Assembly (NCBI GenBank): GCA_010015585.1
Contig: ML975153.1
DNA length: 41,710 nt
DNA from: Eremomyces bilateralis CBS 781.70
Taxonomy: Eukaryota
Reading direction: 5' to 3' (one strand)
Shown: positions 25,307-38,334 of the stretch, in pieces
How positions within the stretch are numbered: position 1 is the first letter of the stretch
Layout of the letters: each line of letters begins with the position of its first letter
Made by a program: the position numbers and the translations under genes
Notes under the pieces: model-generated
What the model saw: only the letters and a program-made list of their open reading frames with translations
Told to the model about the DNA's origin: nothing
Database searches by the model: none

Positions 25307-26082
25307 ATTCGGGGAATGAACGAATGCAGTGACTTGGAAATTATGGAATGCTGTGCCATAAGGAAGCGTAGAACTGACGTTCGTTGCCCTGGAGCTCCAA
25401 TGCACGCAACTAGGCTGATATTGAATGGACTCGTTAATAGATAGAAGCAGATATGCGAGCATTATCTCACTCTGCCCGGATAAATTCGAAGCAGGCATCA
25501 CGAATAGAAAAATCCCGTAAGTCAATCTTCAAACCTAAGCACGCGCTTTCCGTAATGTTTGTCATGGTCATTGAGTGCCTCGAAGCTTCTCCTCTTGGGG
25601 GAAACTGAAGAATACTAGGGGACTTCTCCATTGCCTTCCTGAGACGCGCTCACGTAATTCTCATAGAAGAAGTGATATCATATTAATATGTATCTGACTG
25701 ACAATTTGACGAAAACAATAGCAGTTGAAGAAGAATAAGCCATCGATGATATTGTGGTGATAGTGCATGACTGGCCGCTATCGCTCCCCGTAGAGCACGT
25801 TGCCGTGGCGTCCGGATCTCCATCTCTTGTTTTCTGCTGTGTTCAGTTCTGTTGGCTCTGGATTCGCCAGTCCCCACCAATCCACCTGCATGAACAACGA
25901 AGCTTGCATATGGCAATTCAGCGACATCACTTATCTTCAAGTTTATTGTAAGGAATGGTATTGCTGTTATTCAGACTCTGCTAATGCAACATAGATTCTC
26001 CAGCGGTTCTTCCACCTGCTGGTTACACAACTGGTGATCTTCCGCCGCAACGGCGCCCATTCCGCAACTCCAGCCTGAAGCC

Positions 26083-26931
26083 ATGCGAAATATTTGCCTC
26101 CTGCTCGCCGCGATTCTCAACACCGGTTCTGCGGCAAGATTGACCACTTTATTCCCCTTCGAAAGTCCCCTCAGTCACGACGACGCTCTCCCCGAACCCT
26201 TCAATTTCACCCTCGCCGACCTCAATGACTCCGTACACGAGCTGCTCCGCCGCCAAAGCAACGCATGTCCCCGGGGATACAACAATTGCAACCACCTCGG
26301 CGCTCCGGGCCTGTGCTGTCAGTCGAATAGCAATTGCGCTCGGGATCCGAACGGCAATCTTGCCTGCTGCCCTATAGGAGCGGCCTGCACGGGGGTGGTT
26401 AGCAGCACGGTCCTGGGGGACTCTCCGTCGAGCTCCTCCGTCAATGGCGGCGGCGTCATAATAGGAGGGACATCAAGTGCTAGTTTCGGTGCCCCTGCAG
26501 CCACCACGGCGGCCGGTACAGGATCGATGGTGCCGAATCAGTATTACCCATATCCGTACATCTCAACAACATACGTGAACGCTGCAGCATGTTCGTCCGC
26601 ATGGTCTACATGCCAAGGCCACTCGACGTCATGCGCCGGAGCTCTAGGAGGAGGAGTGAATGGGATCACCGTGAGCGCGCCAAATGGAGGAGTGACCGTG
26701 CCAGGTGCGACGGCGACATTCCAGCCGGCGGAAGCGAGTGCGATCTGTAGTAGCTTGAGTGCCCAAGCATGCTACGGCCTCCAGGTTGCGGCCTGCGAGG
26801 CTTTTGGCACGGGGTTAAACTCCTTCGTGGCGGGGGGTGATGCTGCTCCTCGACCGACTGGGTGCGATCTTGCGTACAGGATGGGAGCCGGGCTGGCAAT
26901 GGGGGTTGCTGGTCAACTACTGGCAGCATGA
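26083..26931 (+). CDS. Secreted/GPI-anchored Cys-rich cell-surface protein
   Basis: Signal peptide, LLRRQ processing site, Cys cluster CP..C..LCC..C..ACCPIGAACTG, Ser/Gly/Thr linker, second Cys domain (ACSSAWSTC..ICSSLSAQACYGL), hydrophobic C-terminus. Confidence 0.85.
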   Translation: MRNICLLLAAILNTGSAARLTTLFPFESPLSHDDALPEPFNFTLADLNDSVHELLRRQSNACPRGYNNCNHLGAPGLCCQSNSNCARDPNGNLACCPIGAACTGVVSSTVLGDSPSSSSVNGGGVIIGGTSSASFGAPAATTAAGTGSMVPNQYYPYPYISTTYVNAAACSSAWSTCQGHSTSCAGALGGGVNGITVSAPNGGVTVPGATATFQPAEASAICSSLSAQACYGLQVAACEAFGTGLNSFVAGGDAAPRPTGCDLAYRMGAGLAMGVAGQLLAA

Positions 26932-27803
26932 GGGCGTGGTTGGCTCCAGGACAGAGGAGTGATTTGAGGTATGACGCACGATTTATGACGGAAGTTGGAC
27001 CGCTACAATGCCACGAAGATGGTAATTAATAGGCATCTGGGGAAATCTAGCGACGGCGTTTCAATTGGATGATGAAGGCAGCAACTCATCATCAAGCAAC
27101 TCAGCTATAGATGACGATTAATTGCTACAGCGGACTACTTTCGCCAAGTGTGAATACCGCGAATAAAATGGAGCTCTGATCGATTGTTCGACGACGCGTT
27201 TAATATCACCATTATTTCCTTTTACATGAGGAAGAAACCAGCAATTTGCCTCCGATTTAAAATGAACTAATGTTCCTAGGCTTATGTTATCTTATCAGCA
27301 GTTCTATGTATGTCCTTTTGTTTCATCTAATGGTCTAGGCATGTTCGTCAAATGAGCACTGTTTATGAAGTCCATCCTTCTATGGCCGCAAGAGAAATAT
27401 ATGACTATCACACACATAGTGACTTATCGGGCTGTTTCTGCCTATGTGTTGCAATACAGCTGGATGCTCTACGTCATAATGCTTTTGAAGCGGCAGAGGA
27501 CCCCAGCAAGTCGGTGAGAGGTAATATTAAGCTGTGTTTTTCCCTTCAGTTTCTATTTCCAAAGTCATCTCATGCGAGTATGCTTAGGAAGCGAGGTCTT
27601 TTCTGCTCTACTGATGTGTTCTAACGGTTGTTTTATAGCTACTTTTATACTCCTGGCCAATTCAAACGGAATCGATTGTCCGGACTATGAATCATTTTAT
27701 TGCTTATGAGATACCTGACACAGTTGTGCCTATTATATGAAATATCTAAGGTTGTATTAGATGAGTCGAAGATGGCATGCGCTCCGTTGGTGGCCATGGT
27801 ATA

Positions 27804-29849
27804 TCCGCGCCCCTGGTTCGTCAGCTGAAGCTTACCTCATCCACGATTGTGGACGCTAGATCCTTAATCTAGCGCCAACCTTCTAAACGATAATGCGGTC
27901 TAAACGATAACTTAATACATACTCCGCGCTATGAAGTTTGTAGATACCAAATTTCCACCACCAGCACTACTATTCATCTCCAAATCGACATCGCCACGTA
28001 GGATCATGCATCATGCCCCCGATTAAGCGCCAAAATTCTACATGTATGTCCTTGAACGCCTTCCGGTGGTTGATTTGGCGTGTCTTCCAGCCCCTAACCC
28101 ATTTGTCCAATTCGGCCTGTTTCTCGCGCTCCGTACGCACCTTGATCATAGATCTAGCTTGCTATGATGTAATGTATCCCATTTCGGACCGGAGGACACG
28201 TTTGTTGCCTCGCTGGCGTGCCGCACGTGCTTGGGATTCCGCCATGTTGGCCTGTATCGTGTGTGACAATTGCTCGGCTTGGAGGGCGAATTGGAGGCCA
28301 CCGTTGAGGCTGTTATCGAAGTTTTGTACAATAAGCGATGGTAGATTTAGTTTCCCAATGTTGGCCAAGCACCATTGTACATGGTTGCGTAGCGTGGCAT
28401 AGTCTTTCGTTGGGGAAAGAAGCCGCTGAATATCGGTGTCTGGAGGTGGCGTTTGATCTCGAATTCTAGCACTATGATCGTATGCTGTAAACGCGGCATC
28501 GATTACCATCTTATCCTCACGGAGTTGGCGTAAAATCCGCTCAGGATTGTGGGGAATAAGGCCCGTTTCTTTCCATCCCTTGATCACTGTTCGCGTCTTG
28601 AAAGTGTTCGCGCGGATCGATTTGAGTGCGGCCAGAAATTCCACACGATTAAATTGCGCGCAGCCAGTACGAGTGGCTGCGTCGACGGCCTCTGCATGCC
28701 AGTGTTTGTAAGGCTGAAATGGGCCGACGTCAAGCGGCTGGAGGATGTGGCTTGTATGAGGAGGAAGACGAAACGGTATAACGTGGTGGGCTTCGAGTAT
28801 CTCGAGGAACTCCTTCGTGCAGTGGCTATCGAAACCACCGAAGAATAAGAGTCGGTATTTACCGCGTTGATGCTTAGACGAATGCTTAATAAAATGCCTT
28901 GCGAAGATTAGGCTAATTCCGTCGATATTAAAGCCTGTTTCAGAAAGGCATACCGCGTAGTCATCGGGTAAGTTTTGGAAGTATTTCTCGAGAAACGCAG
29001 ATCCGGGTAGAATCATGAGCGGCGGTATAACTTTACCGTCACCACTTACGGCTTCAACAGCGGTAAGCGAATCTCGACATTCTGGAGACGGAATATACTG
29101 CTTCTTGCTCGGGTAGAACGTAATAATCCATTGGTCTTTGCCTATACCGACGCGGAAGCCAGTCTCGTCGAAATTCCACATGTCCTCGGTCGCGATTCCA
29201 TATCGGATCTTGATATGGTATAGCTGCTCAAACCATCTCTCGAGAGCCTGGATATCATGAGCAGCTTTACGATTAAGATCAAGCACACGTACTTTCCGTG
29301 CGTAGACCTCTGGCTCCCGTTTGAACCACGCATATGCCCAGCGAGTGTCCACCGTTGGTGGGGGGCCAAGCCGCCCGCTGGCCGTGTGATCGATCTTTAG
29401 GATGGTATTTGTGCACGAAACTACTTGTATAATCCGTGGTGCAATTCCAAGGTCATCGAGGCGTCGGAGATAGTCCTTTAGAGCGGTATTTTGGGTGGTA
29501 GAGAGCTTCCGGGTGCAACTAGGCCACTCGAATAGACTCTTGCGGCCCTTTGAGCGAGCGAGTAGTCGTTGGTAGGGCACGTCGAATTCACGCTCCAACT
29601 CCTTGAAATTGGGAATTTGGCCATGAGGGATTGATTGGAGGGCTCTCTGGATTCGAGATTCAATAGCTGTATTATCTTTCGGCATAATGGCGGAGGATAA
29701 ACGGGCTTAACTCCGCTTAAGGAGACTGGAAGCTATATTAAGTTATCGTTTGGACCGCATTATCGTTTAGAAGGTTGGCGCTAGATTAAGGATCTAGCGT
29801 CCACAATCGTGGATGAGGTAAGCTTCAGCTGACGAACCAGGGGCGCGGA
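27804..29849 (-). mobile_element. pogo/Fot1-type DNA transposon, 2046 bp, 114-bp TIRs, TA target duplication
   Basis: TIRs at 27804-27917 and 29736-29849 match with one mismatch. TA at 27802-27803 and 29850-29851. Encloses a DDE_1 transposase. Confidence 0.96.
27970..29685 (-). pseudogene. Fot1-like transposase with internal TAG (28162-28164) and altered second catalytic Asp
   Basis: HTH region, WNFDETGF, LLFFGGFDSH, LPPHTSHILQPLDVGPF. The frame stays open for 63 more codons after the TAG, up to a TAG at 27970-27972. Confidence 0.85.
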
Positions 29850-30941
29850 TAGAGGAATCCTGTCGGAAATCCGCGGCTATTACTTAGTCACCGCACCTTG
29901 TAGATTACATATGATTACATAAGCCTGGGTATATATACCTGTCAAGGTAAACTATGTACTTCTGACCGAATACAAGCATCTCACTGCCTCTGAACAGGTA
30001 TACTATTGTTTCCGTGATTGATTGACACGCCAAAACGATCAACAAATCCAGTCATCATACGATAGCAAGGACTAAAAGCACCTTTCATCAGAGCGTGTAC
30101 AGCCCATTATGCAAGATCATATAGCAAACCTATATGAAACGTATATGGGACTGGCCTAGAACCATTTACTGACGACGTCACACTCCAGACTTCGTTTCAT
30201 GCCTCCTACCAGGACCAACTCAGGTGGGAGCGACCCACTGAAGGCGAGAGACTCAAGCTACTTCAAGCAGCTTGGATCAACTTCCGGAGAAGCAGCATCA
30301 GCAATCGCACATCTCAAGAGAACCGGATATATCACACTCTAAGCATTCACTGAAGTATTATATCTTCAATATAGAAACGGGTCTTCGTTCCAATTGCCGT
30401 TTCGACTGCTGGGTTAGACAAGCGGCCGCAGCTGTCTGTTAACGAAATGCAAGAACTAATTTCTAGCACATGGATCTTGACGATACGGTGCACGAATGAT
30501 CGCGGAGTCGGTTTAACTATTAGGCTGCACGGGGATTACTGTTCTTTAATTGGTTGTCTTGGTATCAAATTCAAGTTTCGCTTTGCGCCGCCTGCTCGTA
30601 AATACAATCAGACTTTGCGGTCAATAGACTCCACGGCCATCCGTGCACCAAAGGGAGTGTAATCCATTACCGTAGTATAGATTACCTAGAATATCTTTAT
30701 TCAACGAACTAATGAGACTTAGCTTAACTTCACTAATTCGCAAATTCTTAAATACTAATATCTCAAATATCGAAATCTCAAATACTATCAGGCCATGCGG
30801 AATATAATAGGTATCGACCGAAATCTGAATAACTACCGCGCGGGGTAGGTATACAATTTCATCCCTTCCTCACCTCAGGCGTTTCTAGTTAAGCTCGATA
30901 TCACTGGTGAAATCCATCCAGATAATCTAAATATTGTAATC

Positions 30942-31893
30942 ATGTCTTGTCCTGCATGCTTCAGCGGTCATGTTCACGAAGGCCAACCAAAGGGCCGCGT
31001 CGAAACAATCCATGGCCGACCAACCTACATCGCGGAGCCGGAGGAGGGGAAGCAGCCAAAGGGCATTATCATCATCGTTCCGGATGTTTTTGGTTGGGAG
31101 TTTGTGAACACCAGGATTCTCGCAGATCACTATTCGGCTGGAGGAGATTATCTCGTCTACCTCATAGATTTTATGGACGGTACGAACATTCAACCCATCA
31201 CCATTTTATAGCTCGGTGGAAGTGGACTAAATCCAAGGCTGGGCCGCACCTGTATCAACGATGGAGAGTATGCCACTCCTGATGAAGAACGACAGCATCT
31301 GGGATTGGGTTTGGAAGCCGTAGGTCCTCCACGGCTAGCTTATAACAAAGCATCGGGATCGATACTTACTCTAGCCAGATATTACGCGGCGCAGGGTCTT
31401 TCCTCATTCATCTCTGTCGCCACCTTCAACCGTTATTCCGTCGCCTGGCCCCGTGTACATTCCTTCTTCGAAGCTGTCCGCAAGAATGAGGGCGCAAAAC
31501 TTGGAATCGGCGCCGCGGGTTTCTGCTGGGGCGGCCGATATGTGGTAAATCTGACGCACGAGGAGAGTTTCGTCGACGGTGTGCCCCTAGTGGATGCATC
31601 CTTCACAGGTCATCCAGGCCTGATTAAGATTCCAGGGGACCTCGAGAAGATTCGGAAACCTGTATCCCTTGCGATTGGGGATAACGACTACCTACTATCG
31701 GTCCACCAGATCGAAGGGGTCAAGGAGATCTTTGGTAACAATCCGTCCGTACCGACGGAAGTGACGGTATATGAAGGGGCCGGGCATGGCAAGGGCCGAT
31801 CCGAGCAATGCGAACCAAACGCGAGATGCGAAAAAGGCGGAGGAGCAGGCATTGGAATGGTTTTCGCGGCACCTAAGCGCAGTGAAGTATTAA
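30942..31893 (+). pseudogene. Dienelactone hydrolase family protein, frameshifted at about 31790
   Basis: MSCPACFSG, PDVFGW, GFCWGG nucleophile elbow, YEGAGHG; introns about 31180-31237 and 31320-31378. The expected tail RADP..AKKAEEQALEWF..* lies in the +1 frame. Confidence 0.82.
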
Positions 31894-34009
31894 AGACGAT
31901 GGTATAAAACGAGTTCGACTTGAACTTAATCACCTTCTTGGCCTAGAGCATCGGAGGATATCGAAAATATCCTAACTGCCTTTGACACCTGGCTGCTGCT
32001 GCCACAACGAGTAGGATAATAAACCGGTAACTTGTTCTTTGTGTCAAGAGGAAAAGAGGTGAAAATAACGATGGAGAGCTGTCAAAGGCTTGGGGGACCT
32101 GTTAGAACCATCAATTTCCTCCGTCCCAGGCCGTTTACGTTATTCTTCTATTCTTGTTCTTTTGAAAGGGTGGAGAGGTTGGAGTCATAATCTTATGCCG
32201 CAGGAGCCAGGTGATTACCGGATCATGATTCGGACAAGAAGTCTTGCGGTCGGCTGACGGGGAATATCTCGCTCCTCAAACTCCCATACTGCCACCGGAG
32301 ATCCGCTCGAAAAGTCCAGTCTGTCTCTAACGTGAAATCGACAACCTGACTTGTCGTCTGCCTCAGCCTCTGGGCCATGAATAAATGCCCAGATGTAAGT
32401 ATCCAGACCTGGTCAATGACGTTTGGTCGACATCACATTCAACACTTTCTACTTAACATGTCTTCTAGCCCCGGCATTTTCGACTTTCGACCGCGAACGT
32501 AAAGGATGACATAGAGCCAGTCTTTATTTGACGGCATCGTAGACCGAGATGCCTAAACGGGCAACGAGATAGTGCGTAACAAGGTAGCCTTGACGTGGAC
32601 CCCGGGGTAGGAAACGGCAAAACAGGTACTGGTAGGCTTAGCCAAGAGTTGTATTGGTACATCCTAACCTGCCACGAATACGGAGTAGAATACTCGAGTA
32701 CGGGAATGGGCACCGAGAGGTTGCAAAGCCCCGAGGATATCCTTCGAGGCTAAGAATTTTTGTCCTGATTGAGAGTCGATGAGTGGTAGAGGATAAATCC
32801 TAACCGATACGGTACAGGTATGTATCACACAATTTCTACCTAAATTAAGCCCGTAAGTCAGAAAATAGTTACTGGTGCTTAGGTTGATGTTGCTGGTATC
32901 AATTTGCGACGCATCATCGACGTCAAGGGCGTTGGATCTCAGCAAGCTTCATCTGATGCGATTGGACCTATCGCGGTTAGACTGCCCAGCAGCTAAGAAG
33001 TGTTGGCAGAGCTTACTTCCATCAAGCTTACCTTACCGTATCACAACCATCCATCATGGCAATTTCTAAACTGGTGAAATTTCTATCATCAAAACCTTCC
33101 ATGTTGCCACCCTCCTCGGTTGAGAATCTGTTGGGAAGAGGATCAACTTAAGGCCCGCTTCAGCTTCTGGGACCCCGCGGATATTCTCCATGGTCTCACC
33201 CACAATCTCCTCAGCATCTTGGTCGACCTGGGAGATCATCCACACTCGTTTCGCCACTCCACAAGGTCCCGTGTGGCGGGTGGGATGCTAGGCGCAGGCC
33301 GTGATGGAATCTAGGGGACAGGCTTCCAATGATTTCGCCGTGGATGTTATCTAGTTATGCGGATAGGCCGCGGTGTCCGAACAAACAGAAAATCCCTCCT
33401 TGTTCTGTCGAGTGTGGTCTATCACTCTCGGAACCCCTACCAGGCGGAGATGGCCGTTACAGCTTGGTCCGTTCGAATCGGATCCGTTTTGCAGAGACTT
33501 CCAAGCTTTTCGAATCTAAAACTAAGCACTTTCTTAGCTCCCTCTGAGTGAGCGAATGATAGCCCCAAGCGTGCCCAGGATGACCGCAGGATATCACCCA
33601 AAATGCATCATCGGATTCTTGGGAGCCCACCACTCCTTCTACCACAATTCCAGAACATCTCCACGGTCCACGGTGCAACTTCTCTTTAATGCAATTGATG
33701 TTTTGGTGGGCTCGCCTCGTAACTCTACCGAAAGGCGAAAAATCCCAGCTCCACGACGGGTTGATCCTACCGGTAGCGTGGCTGATTTCATCTGACGTCG
33801 TGGGTCTTAAAAGGTAGCCATCACCTCGACCTCCACGTCGATCTTTCCTTTCCTTTTTCCAGAACTTCCTACGAGTCTTGTCTTTGACCCTTAGGAGGCT
33901 GTTCGAACCCATCATTCAAAACCTAGAACCGCAGATAAATGCTGCCCATCAGACGCTTTTTCGCCTTTCTGCTCTACACGCCCTTCATCTGGTTGATCCG
34001 CTCTGTAAA

Positions 34010-35851
34010 ATGGCGTTGAAAGACTCGGTTTGCGAGAAACAAAGATCTCCCAACAGTTCCGGTTCGTTTCTCGCGGATCCAGAAGCTCAAAAGCAATATG
34101 CCATCCCCAAACCAGAACATGAAGGGTGGGATGCTGGTCATGATGTCGGTCGCCGAATGAGCCGTATCGACAGACCCCGCACTCATTCTATTGCTGCGAC
34201 AAAAACCGAAGCGGACACAGTCAGTGTTGGAGAGCAGATCGCGTTGGAGAAGGATAATGCTATCAAATATCGTAGCTGCAGCTGGCAAAAGGTACAATCT
34301 GATTGCACACTCTATCCATATTTCATCGATCGCATGAGGATATATGAATTTATTCCTCTGATTAGCATTACTAACACCGGCAGCACAGACTGCCGCATTA
34401 TTATTCTCGGAATATATTTGCCTGGCTATCATGTCTTTTCCCTACTCGTACGCAGTTCTTGGACTGGTTCCAGGGCTGATCCTCACTATTGTGATCGCCG
34501 GGACAGTGTTATACACGTCGTTGATTGTCTGGTATGTAGGGAACCTTGATCGAGATTGGCTTTCCTGACGGGCGCAGGGAATTTTGTATGCGCCATCCGG
34601 AAGTTAAAGATGTGTGTGATATTGGACAAATGCTCTTCTGGGGCAAGTCGTGGGCGTGGTACCTCACGGCGGCCTTGTTCATTGGCAACAACACATTTAT
34701 CCAAGTGAGTAGCCAGTAGAAGCAGAAGAAGCCACTGCTGACCGCACCAGGGGTTCCACTGCCTTGTTGGGTCCAAATATCTCAATTCGGTAACCAACCA
34801 CGGTCTTTGCACTATCACCTTCTCTGTCCTCACCGCAATTATCTCATGGGCTTGCTCGCTGCCCCGGACCTTTTCGACCCTCTCCTCCTTGGCGACTGCA
34901 TCGGCGATCTTCACATTCGTCTCCGTGATCCTTGCAACAATATTCGCTGGCATTGAGGACCATCCAGCAGGATATCCCTCGAAAGGTCCGATTGAAATCC
35001 TGATCATCCCTGCGGCGGGTACGGGTTTCGTTGCAGGAATGAACGCTTTCATGAACATCAGCTACACGTTCATCGGCCAGATCACACTCCCGTCCTTCAT
35101 CGCCGAGATGAAGGAACCAAAGGACTTCCCTAAGGCGTTGTGGGCCGTGACGATCGCAGAGGTCATCGTCTTTTCAATAGTCGGATCGGTGATGTAAGCA
35201 AACCTGTCTAACCATGGGTTAAATTGTGCTGACTTGTTACAGGTACGCATTCAGCGGCTCAAACTACAACGCATCCCCTGCATTTGCCGTGCTCGGGAAC
35301 GAGGTGTATAAGAAAGTCTCCTTCTCCTTCATGATCCCAACGATAATCTTCCTCGGCGTCCTCTACGCCTCCGTCTCCGCCCGCTTCATCTTCTTCAACG
35401 TATTCAGCGGCACCCGACATCTGGGTAGCCACACCGTTGTCGGCTGGGTGACGTGGGCGGCGATCCTCGCGGTCACATGGATCGTAGCGTTCATCATCGC
35501 GGAGGTGATCCCGTTCTTCGGGGATCTGCTGAGTCTGATGAGCTCTGTTTTTGACTCCTTCTTCGGGTTCATCTTCTGGGGTGTTGCGTACATGCGCATG
35601 AGGCGCATGGATTACGGGCCGCGATACTGGGAAAAGAGAGGCTTCAGGGGGTGGTTCGGCCTTTTTGTCAACATCTTCCTCTGCATCACTGGCCTCTTTT
35701 TCCTGACTGGCGGAACTTATGTGAGTGCAAATCCTTTGATTTCGAAAACGAATACTGATCCCGCGCGCAGGCTTCGGTGCAGAGCATTGTCGATGGGTAC
35801 AATGCCGACAGTTTTGGAGGCCCGTTTACCTGCGAGTCGAATGGGATTTAG
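34010..35851 (+). CDS. Neutral amino acid permease (Aa_trans/AAAP, Mtr-like); about 6 exons
   Basis: IKYRSCSWQKTAALLFSEYICLAIMSFP, EFCMRHPEVKDVCDIGQ, NNTFIQ, SLPRTF, NISYTFIGQITLPSFIAEMKEPKDFPKAL, IIAEVIPFF. Introns start at about 34292, 34532, 34705, 35194 and 35721. Confidence 0.93.
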
Positions 35852-36806
35852 AACAGGCATCTTGAGGTCTGAGATGATGAATCGTGGTAATGGAAACATA
35901 AGTATGCGAGTCGGGATATTGGTTCTATAATTTCGTTAGAGGCTCCGCGCGGGTTGAAATTAATAGATCCCATTGCCATTCAGTGTAATTCAGTCCATCG
36001 GATTGTCAACTCTGTGAATCGCGATTCTTCCAGGTCGCTTTCACGACGCCAAGCATATTCCTATATAATATTAACCAACATATTTTCTAGCACACATAGC
36101 CACATCCTCATCTCGTGTGAAGTGTCCTCCCACTGATCTGACTGAATCGGATCCCCAGGCAGGTATTCCAATCTTAGCAATTATCCAAAGAGATATCCTA
36201 TCTCGGTGGTTGGCTGACTAGCAGGGGGTTGAACTCATTTATCGCTCAACCGGCTGCCGGTCCCGCTGCGTGAACCGAACCCGGTTGATAATTCCATCCG
36301 GCGAAGTTGGAGGCGGACGCATTAGATTAGTCATCAGATCGTCCGGCTCGTCATATGCAAGATGCGTTAAGACAGGTGCTGGTAAGATATACAAAGATTC
36401 CGCCGTTAGTAGTGCGCCTGATCGTCCTTTCGCCGGCGGGCTATCGATAACTCGCTACATGCCTCGGCAGGATTGGTTCGGATGGTTTCATCCCGCACGA
36501 GATGAACGAGCAACAGCAAGTGTCAGCGAAATTGAGGACCGCGACGTAATTGGAACTATGGTCGGCTAAACGGCCCCCGTTGAGCACTTTCTTAGCAAAC
36601 AGTCTCAAGATTTGTTCGTTGATCATTGAGTCGGGCGACTGTCCGTCCAAGGGTCATCCATCTCGGCGTGGTGAGTTCAAAAGTGAGTCACCAGGGGGTT
36701 ATAGGAAGTAGCTCCACGCGCACGAAAGTTGCGCATTAGATACTAGCAGTCGACCCGTGGACAGACAAAAAACCCGATTCACATCTTCAATTATGTTGTC
36801 TGAACC

Positions 36807-37787
36807 CTATTTCGCCTCCTTAGCAGCGGCGACAATCCAATCGACCCCTCTCTGGACATCCGACGGAGAGCCAACAAGGTACGAGAAATGTGTAAGTGTG
36901 ATAGCGGCATATCCCTCGCACACAGGGTCGTCAGCAGCGCAGTAGGTTTGCAGTTTCTCCGAAGGGAAACCAATAATCCGAGCTCCCTTCATTGGATCAC
37001 CATACACAACAGCACCCTGGCGAATGGACAATATAAGCATCATGTCCTAACGATTAGGGAGTGGGAATCTTCGACTTACAATGACATTGGCTTTCGCTTC
37101 TGGGCGGGAGTATGCCAATCCATTATGAACAGCCATGGCACCTTGAGAATAACCAGCGACCATGATCTTGGTCTGGGGACATTTCTGCACCTCAGCTTCG
37201 AGATATCGCATCAAGGCAATGCCGCCGGGAATACCACCACAGGCGTTGCCTGCAAATGATCAGCAGGTACTACTGCTTTCATAACGCTGGAACTTACCTG
37301 CCAAGTCTGCATCATAACCCTTTTCCACACCAACCCCTTTCCACTGTCCTGGCATCTTCAACGAAATTCCGTGCGTTAGCTGTGGACCCACACTAATACC
37401 AAAAGCTCCAGGCTCGAAGGTACCCCTGGCATATATGAGAGTGTAGGGCTTGCAACCCGAACCGGATAGCTGTCTGACATCGAACTGCTCTTTGGCACCA
37501 CGAGTAGAGAGAGTAGGTGGTTCCAATGTGTCATTTGCGGGTATGCGCCCTTCGCTCTGGAGAATCCGCAAGTTTTCCATCGCGCAAGCGTTTCCAGCTG
37601 CGCTGCCACCTTTCGGTGTCGTACTTGGTGGTTTGTCACTTGATGAACGGGCGGACGCTGCCACGATGCAAGACTGTTCGCCGCATTCGACTGGGTTAAC
37701 AGGAAGGGTTTGTTGGGTGAGGATCATGGGAGTAGCCGAAGCCGATACAATCAAGGTTAGAACAAAGAGCGTGGAAGAGAGTATCAT
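36807..37787 (-). CDS. Cutinase (CE5), secreted, with long N-terminal extension; 3 exons
   Basis: Signal peptide; CKPYTLIYARGTFEPG; KCPQTKIMVAGYSQGA (exon 37249-37080); VVYGDP; CAADDPVC; THFSY. Introns 37297-37250 and 37079-37017. Confidence 0.93.
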
Positions 37788-38334
37788 GGTGAGGCAGATG
37801 ATCTTATAAACACGAGATGAGTGAAGATCAATCCAGAGATTGTATGCCTTCACAAGATACATGGTCGAGTCAGTTGGGCAAAGGCAACCCAATATAGAAG
37901 CTTTTCCAAGTGGCCAGCCTTTACGAAGGATTTGACCCCATGGGGAATCTACCTCGTCGCAGTTTGCATGAATGATGAATCGAATGAATTGAATGAACCC
38001 TTACAACCTAAGGATGGGGTTGAGGGGGGCGAGGAACGTGCGAGCCGATGGCTCCAGGCGAGGACCCCGGGACCCATACCGGCTCCCGCACCTGCATCCG
38101 CATCCGGAGCCGGACCGGGATACTGCTATTCAGATTCAAAGGCGGCCACATCTGTGATCTGACCCCTTATAAGGCGGCTGTGGGCGTACTCAAAAATTGG
38201 ACTATGACCCAAAGTAGGTGGGTGGAGCTGTATGAGTGTCAGCAATTTCATCCGATCTTGTACCAACTTTACTCACCTTAGATCTACCACAATTGCTATC
38301 CTCAATTTAAACTCGGGCAGCAAAGATTACCATG

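Noticed and set aside
32460..33330. Short ORFs and an intron-like GTAAGC...CTAAC...TAG on the minus strand
   Set aside because: No coherent spliced ORF or recognisable domain could be assembled.
33442..33489. T-arm-like hairpin TCCG-TTCGAAT-CGGA with a weak flanking stem, suggesting a tRNA
   Set aside because: Only 19 nt separate the putative acceptor strand from the T arm, leaving no room for D and anticodon arms.
33340..33940. Scattered GATA motifs upstream of the permease as AreA sites
   Set aside because: Short motif at a density compatible with chance.
36240..36650. Protein-like minus-strand fragments between the permease and the cutinase
   Set aside because: Interrupted by stops and no family recognised; not supportable without a search.
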